DNA of 32,517 nt from a virus (IMGVR_UViG_2718218100_000008); one strand, 5' to 3'; positions 8,161 through 20,634 are shown, numbered from the stretch's first letter. The notes: generated by a model from the sequence alone, not told the origin. Numbers and translations: made by a program.

Positions 8161-8238
8161 TGAACGGTGAGTAGCCTTCCAACCTACCCCAGCCAGGGGG
8201 TCTTCAGCTGTTGAGTTGATATTGCTTAGCCCTCTGTT

Positions 8239-8264
8239 GCCAGCTACATGCTGGCTTTTTTATT
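8239..8264 (+). terminator. Intrinsic terminator (GCCAGC-TACAT-GCTGGC followed by TTTTTTATT), candidate tR'
   Basis: Stem-loop plus T-run read directly; located ~100 bp upstream of the holin start. Confidence 0.55.
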
Positions 8265-8378
8265 CCAGGCTTGTGGGGAGCATCAACTCCGTGCTTTGTC
8301 GTTAAATTACCCCGTGAGCCTGATTTCTGACATTTAACGTCCCGGCCTTTTGTCGGCGGCGAAACATTGGCTATTCAT

Positions 8379-8684
8379 ATGCACGAAAAAGAGAGCCTTG
8401 CCGGAGCGTTCTGGCTCGTTTTGCTGATCATCGCAGGTTGGGGCGGTCTGGTCCGCTACCTGATAGATGTGAAGCAGAGTAAAGCAACGTGGAGTTGGAT
8501 AAATGCTCTGGCTCAAATAGTGGTATCAGGATTCACCGGTGTTATTGGTGGCCTGATCAGCATCGAAAGTGGATTCAGTATTTACATGATTCTCGCGACA
8601 GCGGGGATTAGTGGTGCGATGGGTTCGGTTGCACTGACGTACTTCTGGGAACGACTGACAGGGGTGAAAAATGCAAAATCTTAA
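8379..8684 (+). CDS. Putative holin with three predicted transmembrane segments; not lambda S
   Basis: ORF immediately upstream of and overlapping the endolysin gene; three hydrophobic stretches (FWLVLLIIAGWGGLV, WINALAQIVVSGFTGVIGGLISI, IYMILATAGISGAMGSVALTY) and a short charged C-terminus; first ATG at 8379, a possible TTG start at 8367 would add 4 residues. Confidence 0.6.
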   Translation: MHEKESLAGAFWLVLLIIAGWGGLVRYLIDVKQSKATWSWINALAQIVVSGFTGVIGGLISIESGFSIYMILATAGISGAMGSVALTYFWERLTGVKNAKS

Positions 8685-9147
8685 TCCTCAGCGTAAAGCC
8701 TTCCTCGATATGTTGGCGTGGTCAGAAGGAACGGATAACGGGCGACAACCGACACGTAACCACGGTTATGATGTTATTGTTGGCGGCGAACTGTTTACTG
8801 ATTACTCCGATCACCCTCGCAAACTTGTCACGCTACACCCCAAACTCAAATCAACAGCCGCCGGACGTTATCAGCTTCTTTCACGCTGGTGGGATGCTTA
8901 CCGTAAACAGCTTGGTTTGAAAGACTTCTCCCCCAAAAGCCAGGACGCAGTGGCATTGCAGCAGATTAAAGAGCGTGGTGCTTTACCTATGATTGATCGC
9001 GGTGATATCCGTCAGGCAATCGACCGTTGCAGTAATATCTGGGCTTCACTGCCGGGCGCTGGTTATGGTCAGTTCGAGCATAAGGCTGACAGCCTGATTG
9101 CAAAATTCAAAGAAGCTGGCGGAACGGTCAGAGAGAGTGAGGTATGA
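8671..9147 (+). CDS. R: Endolysin R (lytic transglycosylase)
   Basis: 158-aa ORF matching lambda R as recalled except the first ~7 residues ([20 protein letters not shown]...[11 protein letters not shown]). Confidence 0.95.
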   Translation: MQNLNPQRKAFLDMLAWSEGTDNGRQPTRNHGYDVIVGGELFTDYSDHPRKLVTLHPKLKSTAAGRYQLLSRWWDAYRKQLGLKDFSPKSQDAVALQQIKERGALPMIDRGDIRQAIDRCSNIWASLPGAGYGQFEHKADSLIAKFKEAGGTVRESEV

Positions 9148-9605
9148 GCAGAATAACCGCGATTATCTCCGCTCTGCTCATCTGCATCATCGTCTGCCTG
9201 TCATGGGCTGTTAATCATTACCGTGATAACGCCATTACCTACAAAGCCCAGCGCGACAAAAATGCCAGAGAACTGAAGCTGGCGAACGTGGCAATTACTG
9301 ACATGCAGATGCGTCAGCGTGATGTTGCTGCGCTCGATGCAAAATACACGAAGGAGTTAGCTGATGCGAAAGCTGAAAATGATGCTCTGCATGATGATGT
9401 TGCCGCTGGTCGTCGTCGGTTGCACATCAAAGCAGTCTGTCAGTCAGTGCGTGAAGCCACCACCGCCTCCGGCGTGGATAATGCAGCCTCCCCCCGACTG
9501 GCAGACACCGCTGAACGGGATTATTTCACCCTCAGAGAGAGGCTGATCACTATGCAAAAACAACTGGAAGGAACCCAGAAGTATATTAATGAGCAGTGCA
9601 GATAG
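9144..9605 (+). CDS. Rz: Spanin inner-membrane subunit Rz
   Basis: 153-aa ORF matching lambda Rz as recalled; N-terminal TM segment and coiled-coil region. Confidence 0.95.
   Translation: MSRITAIISALLICIIVCLSWAVNHYRDNAITYKAQRDKNARELKLANVAITDMQMRQRDVAALDAKYTKELADAKAENDALHDDVAAGRRRLHIKAVCQSVREATTASGVDNAASPRLADTAERDYFTLRERLITMQKQLEGTQKYINEQCR
9364..9546 (+). CDS. Rz1: Spanin outer-membrane lipoprotein Rz1, embedded in the +1 frame of Rz
   Basis: 60-aa ORF; lipobox LVVVGC; proline-rich ([15 protein letters not shown]); matches lambda Rz1 as recalled. Confidence 0.9.
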   Translation: MRKLKMMLCMMMLPLVVVGCTSKQSVSQCVKPPPPPAWIMQPPPDWQTPLNGIISPSERG

Positions 9606-9636
9606 AGCTGCCCATATCGATGGGCAGCTCATGCAA

Positions 9637-9930
9637 TTATTGTGAGCAATACACACGCGCTTCCAGCGGAGTATAAATGCCTAAAGTAATAAAACCGAGC
9701 AATCCATTTACGAATGTTTGCTGGGTTTCTGTTTTAACAACATTTTCTGCGCCGCCACAAATTTTAGCTGCATCGACAGTTTTCTTCTGCCCAATTCCAG
9801 AGACGAAGAAATGGTGGGTGATGGTTTCCTTTGGTGTTACTGCTGCCGGTTTGTTTTGAACAGTAAACGTCTGTTGGGCACATCCTGTAATAAGCAGGGC
9901 CAGCGCAGTAGCGAGTAGCATTTTTTTCAT
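9637..9930 (-). CDS. bor: Bor lipoprotein (serum-resistance-associated)
   Basis: 97-aa ORF MKKMLLATALALLITGCAQQ... matching lambda Bor as recalled; signal peptide with lipobox LITGC. Confidence 0.95.
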   Translation of the reverse strand: MKKMLLATALALLITGCAQQTFTVQNKPAAVTPKETITHHFFVSGIGQKKTVDAAKICGGAENVVKTETQQTFVNGLLGFITLGIYTPLEARVYCSQ

Positions 9931-10062
9931 GGTGTTATTCCCGATGCTTTTTAAAGTTCGCAGAATCGTATGTGTAGAAAATTAAACAAACCCTAAACAA
10001 TGAGTTGAAATCTCATATTGTTAATATTTATTAATGTATGTCAGATGCGAAGGATCGTCACT

Positions 10063-10128
10063 GTATTCCCGGATTAACTATGTCCGCAGCCCTGACAGGG
10101 AAACTCCTCTGCGGGAGTGTCCGGGAAT
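10063..10128. other. Nested inverted repeats: outer TATTCCCGGA / TCCGGGAATA (10 bp), inner CCGCAG / CTGCGG and a central CCCTG-A-CAGGG palindrome
   Basis: Read directly from the sequence; lies in the bor-ybcV intergenic region; candidate structured RNA or protein-binding site. Confidence 0.35.
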
Positions 10129-10221
10129 AATTAATAACGATGCACACAGGGTTTAGCGCGTACACGTATTGCATTATGCCAACGCCCCGGTGCTGACACG
10201 GAAGAAACCGGACGTGATGAT

Positions 10222-10632
10222 TTAGCGTGGAAAGATTTGTGTAGTGTTCTGAATGCTCTCAGTAAATAGTAATGAATTATCAAAGGCATAGTAATATCTT
10301 TTATGTTCGTGGATATTTGTAACCCATCGGAAAACTCCTGCTTTAGCAAGATTTTCCCTGTATTGCTGAAATGTGATTTCTCTTGATTTCAACCTATCAT
10401 AGGACGTTTCTATAAGATGCGTATTTCTTGAGAATTTAACATTCACAACCTTTTTAAGTCCTTTTATTAACACAGTGTTATCGTTTTCTAACACAATGTG
10501 AATATTATCTGTGGCTAGATAGTAAATATAATGTGAGACATTGTGACGTTTTAGTTCAGAATAAAACAATTCACAGTTTAAATCTTTTCGCACTTGATCG
10601 AATATTTCTTTAAAAATGGCAACCTGAGCCAT
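10222..10632 (-). CDS. ybcV: Uncharacterized moron protein, YbcV-like
   Basis: AT-rich ORF; start set at the internal Met ([11 protein letters not shown]...) giving 136 aa by recalled homologue length; the ORF track allows an in-frame extension to 10755. Confidence 0.65.
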   Translation of the reverse strand: MAQVAIFKEIFDQVRKDLNCELFYSELKRHNVSHYIYYLATDNIHIVLENDNTVLIKGLKKVVNVKFSRNTHLIETSYDRLKSREITFQQYRENLAKAGVFRWVTNIHEHKRYYYAFDNSLLFTESIQNTTQIFPR

Positions 10633-10917
10633 TGGTAAAACCTTCCATGTGATACGAGGGCGCGTAGTTTGCATTATCGTTTTTATCGTTTCAATCTGGT
10701 CTGACCTCTTTGTGTTTTGTTGATGATTTATGTCAAATATTAGGAATGTTTTCAATTAATAGTATTGGTTGCGTAACAAAGTGCGGTCCTGCTGGCATTC
10801 TGGAGGGAAATACAACCGACAGATGTATGTAAGGCCAACGTGCTCAAATCTTCATACAGAAAGATTTGAAGTAATATTTTAACCGCTAGATGAAGAGCAA
10901 GCGCATGGAGCGACAAA

Positions 10918-11124
10918 ATGAATAAAGAACAATCTGCTGATGATCCCTCCGTGGATCTGATTCGTGTAAAAAATATGCTTAATAGCACCATTTCTATGAG
11001 TTACCCTGATGTTGTAATTGCATGTATAGAACATAAGGTGTCTCTGGAAGCATTCAGGGCAATTGAGGCAGCGTTGGTGAAGCACGATAATAATATGAAG
11101 GATTATTCCCTGGTGGTTGACTGA
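10918..11124 (+). CDS. ybcW: Uncharacterized small protein, YbcW-like (68 aa)
   Basis: 68-aa AT-rich ORF divergent from ybcV; corresponds to an ORF near the right end of lambda by recalled collinearity. Confidence 0.65.
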
Positions 11125-11288
11125 TCACCATAACTGCTAATCATTCAAACTACTTAACCTGTGACAGAGCCAACACGCAGTCTGTCACTGTCAGGAAAGT
11201 GGTAAAACTGCAACTCAATTACTGCAATGCCCTCGTAATTAAGTGAATTTACAATATCGTCCTGTTCGGAGGGAAGAACGCGGGATGT

Positions 11289-11483
11289 TCATTCTTCATC
11301 ACTTTTAATTGATGTATATGCTCTCTTTTCTGACGTTAGCCTCCGACGGCAGGCTTCAATGACCCAGGCTGAGAAATTTCCGGACCCTTTTTGATCAAGA
11401 GCGATGTTAATTTGTTCAATCATTTGGTTAGGAAAGCGGATGTTGCGGGTTGTTGTTCTGCGGGTTCTGTTCTTCGTTGACAT
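11289..11483 (-). CDS. ylcI: Small protein with a ribbon-helix-helix-like fold pattern (YlcI-like)
   Basis: 64-aa ORF; basic N-terminus (KNRTRRTTTRNIRFP) then two helical segments (NQMIEQINIALDQ, NFSAWVIEACRRRL), the pattern of Arc/CopG-type repressors; convergent with ybcW. Confidence 0.55.
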   Translation of the reverse strand: MSTKNRTRRTTTRNIRFPNQMIEQINIALDQKGSGNFSAWVIEACRRRLTSEKRAYTSIKSDEE

Positions 11484-11682
11484 GAGGTTGCCCCGTATTC
11501 AGTGTCGCTGATTTGTATTGTCTGAAGTTGTTTTTACGTTAAGTTGATGCGGATCAATTAATACGATACCTGCGTCATAATTGATTATTTGACGTGGTTT
11601 GATGGCGTAGATGCACGTTGTGACATGTAGATGATAATTATTATCATTTTGCGGGTCCTTTCCGGCGATCCGACAGGTTACG

Positions 11683-11694
11683 GGGCGGCGACCT
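11683..11694. other. cosN: 12-nt cohesive-end sequence GGGCGGCGACCT
   Basis: Exact match to the lambda cohesive end; flanking sequence collinear with the lambda genome termini as recalled. Confidence 0.85.
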
Positions 11695-11871
11695 CGCGGT
11701 TTTTCACTATTTATGAAAATTTTCCGGTTTAAGGCGTTTCCGTTCTTCTTCGCCGTAACCTAATGTTTTTATTTAAAACACCCCCTGAAAAGAAAGGAAA
11801 CGACAGGTGCTGAAAACGGGCTTTTTGGCCTCTGTCGTTTCCTTTCTCTGTTTTTGTCCGTGGAATGAACA
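11695..11871. promoter_or_regulatory. cosB terminase-binding region with R3 (11735-11752), R2 (11793-11806) and R1 (11832-11845) elements
   Basis: R3 CGTTTCCGTTCTTCTTCG and the inverted pair AAAGGAAACGACAG / CTGTCGTTTCCTTT read directly; lies between cosN and the nu1 start. Confidence 0.75.
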
Positions 11872-12391
11872 ATGGAAGTCAACAAAAAGCAGCTGGCTGA
11901 CATTTTCGGCGCGAGTATCCGTACCATTCAGAACTGGCAGGAGCAGGGAATGCCCGTTCTGCGGGGTGGTGGCAAGGGTAATGAGGTACTTTATGACTCT
12001 GCCGCCGCCATAAAATGGTATGCCGAAAGGGATGCTGAAATTGAGAACGAAAAGCTGCGCCGGGAAGTTGAAGAACTGAGGCAGGACAGCGAGACAGATC
12101 TCCAGCCAGGGACTATTGAGTACGAACGCCATCGACTTACGCGTGCGCAGGCCGACGCACAGGAACTGAAGAATGCCAGAGACTCAGCTGAAGTGGTGGA
12201 AACCGCATTCTGTACTTTCGTGCTGTCGCGGATCGCAGGTGAAATTGCCAGTATTCTCGACGGGATCCCCCTGTCGGTGCAGCGGCGTTTTCCGGAACTG
12301 GAAAACCGACATGTTGATTTCCTGAAACGGGATATCATCAAAGCCATGAACAAAGCAGCCGCGCTGGATGAACTGATACCGGGGTTGCTGA

Positions 12392-12417
<26 letters not shown>
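11872..12417 (+). CDS. nu1: Terminase small subunit Nu1
   Basis: 181-aa ORF matching lambda Nu1 as recalled (MEVNKKQLADIFGASIRTIQNWQEQGMPVLRGGGKGNEVLYDS...). Confidence 0.97.
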
Positions 12418-16098
<3,681 letters not shown>

Positions 16099-16118
<20 letters not shown>

Positions 16119-17418
16119 TCTCCCGCATATTGCCAGCATGGCTTTTAATGAGCCGCTGATGCTTGAACCCGCCTATGCGCGGGTTTTCTTTTGTGCGCTT
16201 GCAGGCCAGCTTGGGATCAGCCGCCTGACGGATGCAGTATCCGGCGACAGCCTGACTGCCGGAGAGGCACCCGCGGCGCTGGCGTTATCCGGTGATGATG
16301 ACGGACCACGACAGGCCCGGAGTTATCAGGTCATGAACGGCATCGCCGTGCTGCCGGTGTCCGGTACGCTGGTCAGCCGGACGCGGGCGCTGCAGCCGTA
16401 TTCGGGAATGACCGGTTACAACGGCATTATCGCCCGTCTGCAACAGGCTGCCAGCGATCCGATGGTGGACGGCATTCTGCTCGATATGGACACACCGGGC
16501 GGGATGGTGGCGGGAGCATTTGACTGTGCTGACATCATCGCCCGTGTGCGAGACATAAAACCGGTATGGGCGCTGGCCAACGACATGAACTGCAGTGCAG
16601 GTCAGCTGCTTGCCAGCGCCGCCTCCCGGCGTCTGGTCACGCAGACCGCCCGGACAGGCTCCATCGGCGTCATGATGGCTCACAGTAATTACGGTGCTGC
16701 CCTGGAGAAACAGGGCGTGGAAATCACGCTGATTTACAGCGGCAGCCATAAGGTGGATGGCAACCCCTACAGCCATCTACCGGGTGATGTCCGGGAAACA
16801 CTGCAGTCCCGGATGGATGCAACCCGCCGGATGTTTGCGCAGAAGGTGTCGGCATATACCGGCCTGTCCGTGCAGGCTGTGCTGGATACCGAGGCTGCAG
16901 TGTACAGCGGTCAGGAGGCCATTGATGCCGGACTGGCTGATGAACTTGTCAACAGCACCGATGCGATCACCGTTATGCGTGATGCACTGGATGCACGTAA
17001 ATCCCGTCTCTCAGGAGGGCGAATGACCAAAGAGACTCAATCAACAACTGTTTCAGCCACTGCTTCGCAGGCTGACGTTACTGGCGTGGTGCCAGCGACG
17101 GAGGGCGAAAACGCCAGCGCGGCGCAGCCGGACGTGAACGCGCAGATCACCGCTGCGGTTGCGGCAGAAAACAGCCGCATTATGGGGATCCTCAACTGTG
17201 AGGAGGCTCACGGACGCGAAGAACAGGCCCGCGTGCTGGCAGAAACCCCCGGTATGACCGTGGAAACGGCCCGCCGCATTCTGGCCGCAGCACCACAGAG
17301 TGCACAGGCGCGCAGTGATACTGCGCTGGATCGTCTGATGCAGGGGGCACCGGCACCGCTGGCTGCAGGTAACCCGGCATCTGATGCCGTTAACGATTTG
17401 CTGAACACACCAGTGTAA
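16099..17418 (+). CDS. C: Capsid assembly protease C (GTG start)
   Basis: 439-aa product beginning (V/M)TAELRNLPHIASMAFNEPLMLEP matching lambda C as recalled; GTG preceded by AGGAGGAG; 20-nt overlap with B; the longer ORF-track reading (15964) is an upstream extension. Confidence 0.9.
16813..17418 (+). CDS. nu3: Scaffold protein Nu3, translated from an internal in-frame start inside C
   Basis: In-frame ATG at 16813 (MDATRRMFAQK...) at the position expected from lambda, where Nu3 shares the C reading frame. Confidence 0.6.
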   Translation: MDATRRMFAQKVSAYTGLSVQAVLDTEAAVYSGQEAIDAGLADELVNSTDAITVMRDALDARKSRLSGGRMTKETQSTTVSATASQADVTGVVPATEGENASAAQPDVNAQITAAVAAENSRIMGILNCEEAHGREEQARVLAETPGMTVETARRILAAAPQSAQARSDTALDRLMQGAPAPLAAGNPASDAVNDLLNTPV

Positions 17419-17427
17419 GGGATGTTT

Positions 17428-17760
17428 ATGACGAGCAAAGAAACCTTTACCCATTACCAGCCGCTGGGCAACAGTGACCCGGCTCATACCGCAACCGCGC
17501 CCGGCGGATTGAGTGCGAAAGCGCCTGCAATGACCCCGCTGATGCTGGACACCTCCAGCCGTAAGCTGGTTGCGTGGGATGGCACCACCGACGGTGCTGC
17601 CGTTGGCATTCTTGCGGTTGCTGCTGACCAGACCAGCACCACGCTGACGTTCTACAAGTCCGGCACGTTCCGTTATGAGGATGTGCTCTGGCCGGAGGCT
17701 GCCAGCGACGAGACGAAAAAACGGACCGCGTTTGCCGGAACGGCAATCAGCATCGTTTAA
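17428..17760 (+). CDS. D: Capsid decoration protein D
   Basis: 110-aa product [27 protein letters not shown]... matching lambda D as recalled. Confidence 0.95.
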   Translation: MTSKETFTHYQPLGNSDPAHTATAPGGLSAKAPAMTPLMLDTSSRKLVAWDGTTDGAAVGILAVAADQTSTTLTFYKSGTFRYEDVLWPEAASDETKKRTAFAGTAISIV

Positions 17761-17780
17761 CCTGACCCTTCATCACTAAA

Positions 17781-17802
17781 GGCCGCCTGTGCGGCTTTTT
17801 TT
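17781..17802 (+). terminator. Hairpin GCCGC-CTGT-GCGGC followed by a T7 run between D and E
   Basis: Read directly; likely attenuator or mRNA-stabilising stem-loop. Confidence 0.4.
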
Positions 17803-17815
17803 ACGGGATTTTTTT

Positions 17816-18841
17816 ATGTCGATGTACACAACCGCCCAACTGCTGGCGGCAAATGAGCAGAAATTTAAGTTTGATCCGCTGTTTCTGCGTCTCTTTTTCC
17901 GTGAGAGCTATCCCTTCACCACGGAGAAAGTCTATCTCTCACAAATTCCGGGACTGGTAAACATGGCGCTGTACGTTTCGCCGATTGTTTCTGGTGAGGT
18001 TATCCGTTCCCGTGGCGGCTCCACCTCTGAATTTACGCCGGGATATGTCAAGCCGAAGCATGAAGTGAATCCGCAGATGACCCTGCGTCGCCTGCCGGAT
18101 GAAGATCCGCAGAATCTGGCGGACCCGGCTTACCGCCGCCGTCGCATCATCATGCAGAACATGCGTGACGAAGAGCTGGCCATTGCTCAGGTCGAAGAGA
18201 TGCAGGCAGTTTCTGCCGTGCTCAAGGGCAAATACACCATGACCGGTGAAGCCTTCGATCCGGTTGAGGTGGATATGGGCCGCAGTGCGGCGAACAACAT
18301 CACGCAGTCCGGCGGCACGGAGTGGAGCAAGCGTGACAAGTCCACGTATGACCCGACCGACGATATCGAAGCCTACGCGCTGAACGCCAGCGGCGTGGTG
18401 AATATCATCGTGTTTGACCCGAAAGGCTGGGCGCTGTTCCGTTCCTTCAAAGCCGTCAGGGAGAAGCTGGATACCCGTCGCGGCTCTCATTCCGAACTGG
18501 AGACAGCGGTAAAAGACCTGGGCAAAGCGGTGTCTTATAAGGGAATGTATGGCGATGTGGCCATCGTCGTGTATTCCGGACAGTACGTGGAAAACGGCGT
18601 CAAAAAGAACTTCCTGCCGGACAACACGATGGTGCTGGGGAACACTCAGGCACGCGGTCTGCGCACCTATGGCTGCATTCAGGATGCGGACGCACAGCGC
18701 GAAGGCATTAACGCCTCTGCCCGTTACCCGAAAAACTGGGTGACCACCGGCGATCCGGCGCGTGAGTTCACCATGATTCAGTCAGCACCGCTGATGCTGC
18801 TGGCTGACCCTGATGAGTTCGTGTCCGTACAACTGGCGTAA
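17816..18841 (+). CDS. E: Major capsid protein E
   Basis: 341-aa product MSMYTTAQLLAANEQKFKFDPLF... matching lambda E as recalled; start at the internal Met of the ORF-track reading. Confidence 0.97.
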   Translation: MSMYTTAQLLAANEQKFKFDPLFLRLFFRESYPFTTEKVYLSQIPGLVNMALYVSPIVSGEVIRSRGGSTSEFTPGYVKPKHEVNPQMTLRRLPDEDPQNLADPAYRRRRIIMQNMRDEELAIAQVEEMQAVSAVLKGKYTMTGEAFDPVEVDMGRSAANNITQSGGTEWSKRDKSTYDPTDDIEAYALNASGVVNIIVFDPKGWALFRSFKAVREKLDTRRGSHSELETAVKDLGKAVSYKGMYGDVAIVVYSGQYVENGVKKNFLPDNTMVLGNTQARGLRTYGCIQDADAQREGINASARYPKNWVTTGDPAREFTMIQSAPLMLLADPDEFVSVQLA

Positions 18842-18843
18842 TC

Positions 18844-18869
18844 ATGGCCCTTCGGGGCCATTGTTTTTC
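18844..18869 (+). terminator. Hairpin ATGGCCC-TTCG-GGGCCAT followed by TGTTTTTCT after E
   Basis: Read directly from the sequence. Confidence 0.4.
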
Positions 18870-18882
18870 TGTGGAGGAGTCC

Positions 18883-19281
18883 ATGACGAAAGATGAACTG
18901 ATTGCCCGTCTCCGCTCGCTGGGTGAACAACTGAACCGTGATGTCAGCCTGACGGGGACGAAAGAAGAACTGGCGCTCCGTGTGGCAGAGCTGGAAGAGG
19001 AGCTTGATGACACGGATGAAACTGCCGGTCAGGACACCCCTCTCAGCCGGGAAAATGTGCTGACCGGACATGAAAATGAGGTGGGATCAGCGCAGCCGGA
19101 TACCGTGATTCTGGATACGTCTGAACTGGTCACGGTCGTGGCACTGGTGAAGCTGCATACTGATGCACTTCACGTCACGCGGGATGAACCTGTGGCATTT
19201 GTGCTGCCGGGAACGGCGTTTCGTGTCTCTGCCGGTGTGGCAGCCGAAATGACAGAGCGCGGCCTGGCCAGAATGCAATAA
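18883..19281 (+). CDS. FI: DNA packaging protein FI
   Basis: 132-aa product MTKDELIARLRSLGEQLNRDVSLTGTKEELALRV... matching lambda FI as recalled. Confidence 0.9.
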   Translation: MTKDELIARLRSLGEQLNRDVSLTGTKEELALRVAELEEELDDTDETAGQDTPLSRENVLTGHENEVGSAQPDTVILDTSELVTVVALVKLHTDALHVTRDEPVAFVLPGTAFRVSAGVAAEMTERGLARMQ

Positions 19282-19292
19282 CGGGAGGCGCT

Positions 19293-19646
19293 GTGGCTGA
19301 TTTCGATAACCTGTTCGATGTTGCCATTGCCCGCGCCGATGAAACGATACGCGGGTACATGGGAACGTCAGCCACCATGACATCCGGTGAGCAGTCCGGC
19401 GCAGTAATACGTGGTGTTTTTGATGACCCTGAAAATATCAGCTATGCCGGACAGGGCGTGCGTGTTGAAGGCTCCAGCCCGTCCCTGTTTGTCCGGACTG
19501 ATGATGTGCGGCAACTGCGGCGTGGAGACACGCTGACCATCGGTGAGGAAAACTTCTGGATAGACCGGATTTCGACGGATGATGGCGGAAGCTGTCATCT
19601 CTGGCTTGGGCGGGGCGTACCGCCTGCCGTTAACCGTCGTCGCTGA
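19293..19646 (+). CDS. FII: Head completion protein FII
   Basis: 117-aa ORF matching lambda FII as recalled. Confidence 0.95.
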   Translation: MADFDNLFDVAIARADETIRGYMGTSATMTSGEQSGAVIRGVFDDPENISYAGQGVRVEGSSPSLFVRTDDVRQLRRGDTLTIGEENFWIDRISTDDGGSCHLWLGRGVPPAVNRRR

Positions 19647-19657
19647 AGGGGGGATGT

Positions 19658-20235
19658 ATGGCCATAAAAGGTCTTGAGCAGGCCGTTGAAAACCTCAGTC
19701 GTATCAGCAAAACGGCGGTGCCTGGTGCGTCAGCAATGGCCATTAACCGCGTTGCTTCATCCGCGATATCGCAGTCGGCGTCACAGGTTGCCCGTGAGAC
19801 AAGGGTACGCCGGAAACTGGTAAAGGAAAGGGCCAGGCTGAAAAGGGCCACGGTTAAAAATCCGCAGGCAGAATCAAGGTTAACCGGGGGGATTTGCCCG
19901 TAATCAAGCTGGGTAACGCGCGGGTTGTCCTGTCCCGACGCAGGCGTCGTAAAAAGGGGCAGCGTTCATCCCTGAAAGGTGGCGGCAGCGTGCTTGTGGT
20001 GGGAAACCGTCGTATTCCCGGCGCGTTTATTCAGCAACTGAAAAATGGCCGGTGGCATGTCATGCAGCGTGTGGCCGGGAAAAACCGTTACCCCATTGAT
20101 GTGGTGAAAATCCCGATGGCGGTGCCGCTGACCACGGCGTTTAAACAGAATATTGAGCGGATACGGCGTGAACGTCTTCCGAAAGAGCTGGGCTATGCGC
20201 TGCAGCATCAACTGAGAATGGTAATAAAGCGATGA
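19658..20235 (+). pseudogene. Z: Tail completion gene Z disrupted by a single-base deletion (frameshift near 19870)
   Basis: Two ORF-track pieces (19658-19903 and 19894-20235) together reproduce lambda Z; reading frame A gives ...KNPQAESRLTGGICP-stop, while frame B from 19870 gives RIKVNRGDLPVIKLGNARVVLSRRRRRKKGQ... as in lambda. Confidence 0.8.
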
Positions 20236-20627
20236 AACATACTGAACTCCGTGCAGCCGTACTGGATGCACTGGAGAAGCATGACACCGGGGCGACGTTT
20301 TTTGATGGTCGCCCCGCTGTTTTTGATGAGGCGGATTTTCCGGCAGTTGCCGTTTATCTCACCGGCGCTGAATACACGGGCGAAGAGCTGGACAGCGATA
20401 CCTGGCAGGCGGAGCTGCATATCGAAGTTTTCCTGCCTGCTCAGGTGCCGGATTCAGAGCTGGATGCGTGGATGGAGTCCCGGATTTATCCGGTGATGAG
20501 CGATATCCCGGCACTATCAGATTTGATCACCAGTATGGTGGCCAGTGGCTATGACTACCGGCGCGACGATGATGCGGGCCTGTGGAGTTCAGCCGATCTG
20601 ACTTATGTCATTACCTATGAAATGTGA
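20232..20627 (+). CDS. U: Tail tube terminator protein U
   Basis: 131-aa ORF matching lambda U as recalled. Confidence 0.95.
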   Translation: MKHTELRAAVLDALEKHDTGATFFDGRPAVFDEADFPAVAVYLTGAEYTGEELDSDTWQAELHIEVFLPAQVPDSELDAWMESRIYPVMSDIPALSDLITSMVASGYDYRRDDDAGLWSSADLTYVITYEM

Positions 20628-20634
20628 GGACGAT

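Noticed and set aside
8058-8366. Possible tRNA genes between the Q-position gene and the holin, where some lambdoid phages carry tRNAs
   Set aside because: No cloverleaf-compatible sequence with a T-loop GTTCRA-type motif and acceptor stem seen by eye; the structured elements there look like terminator hairpins.
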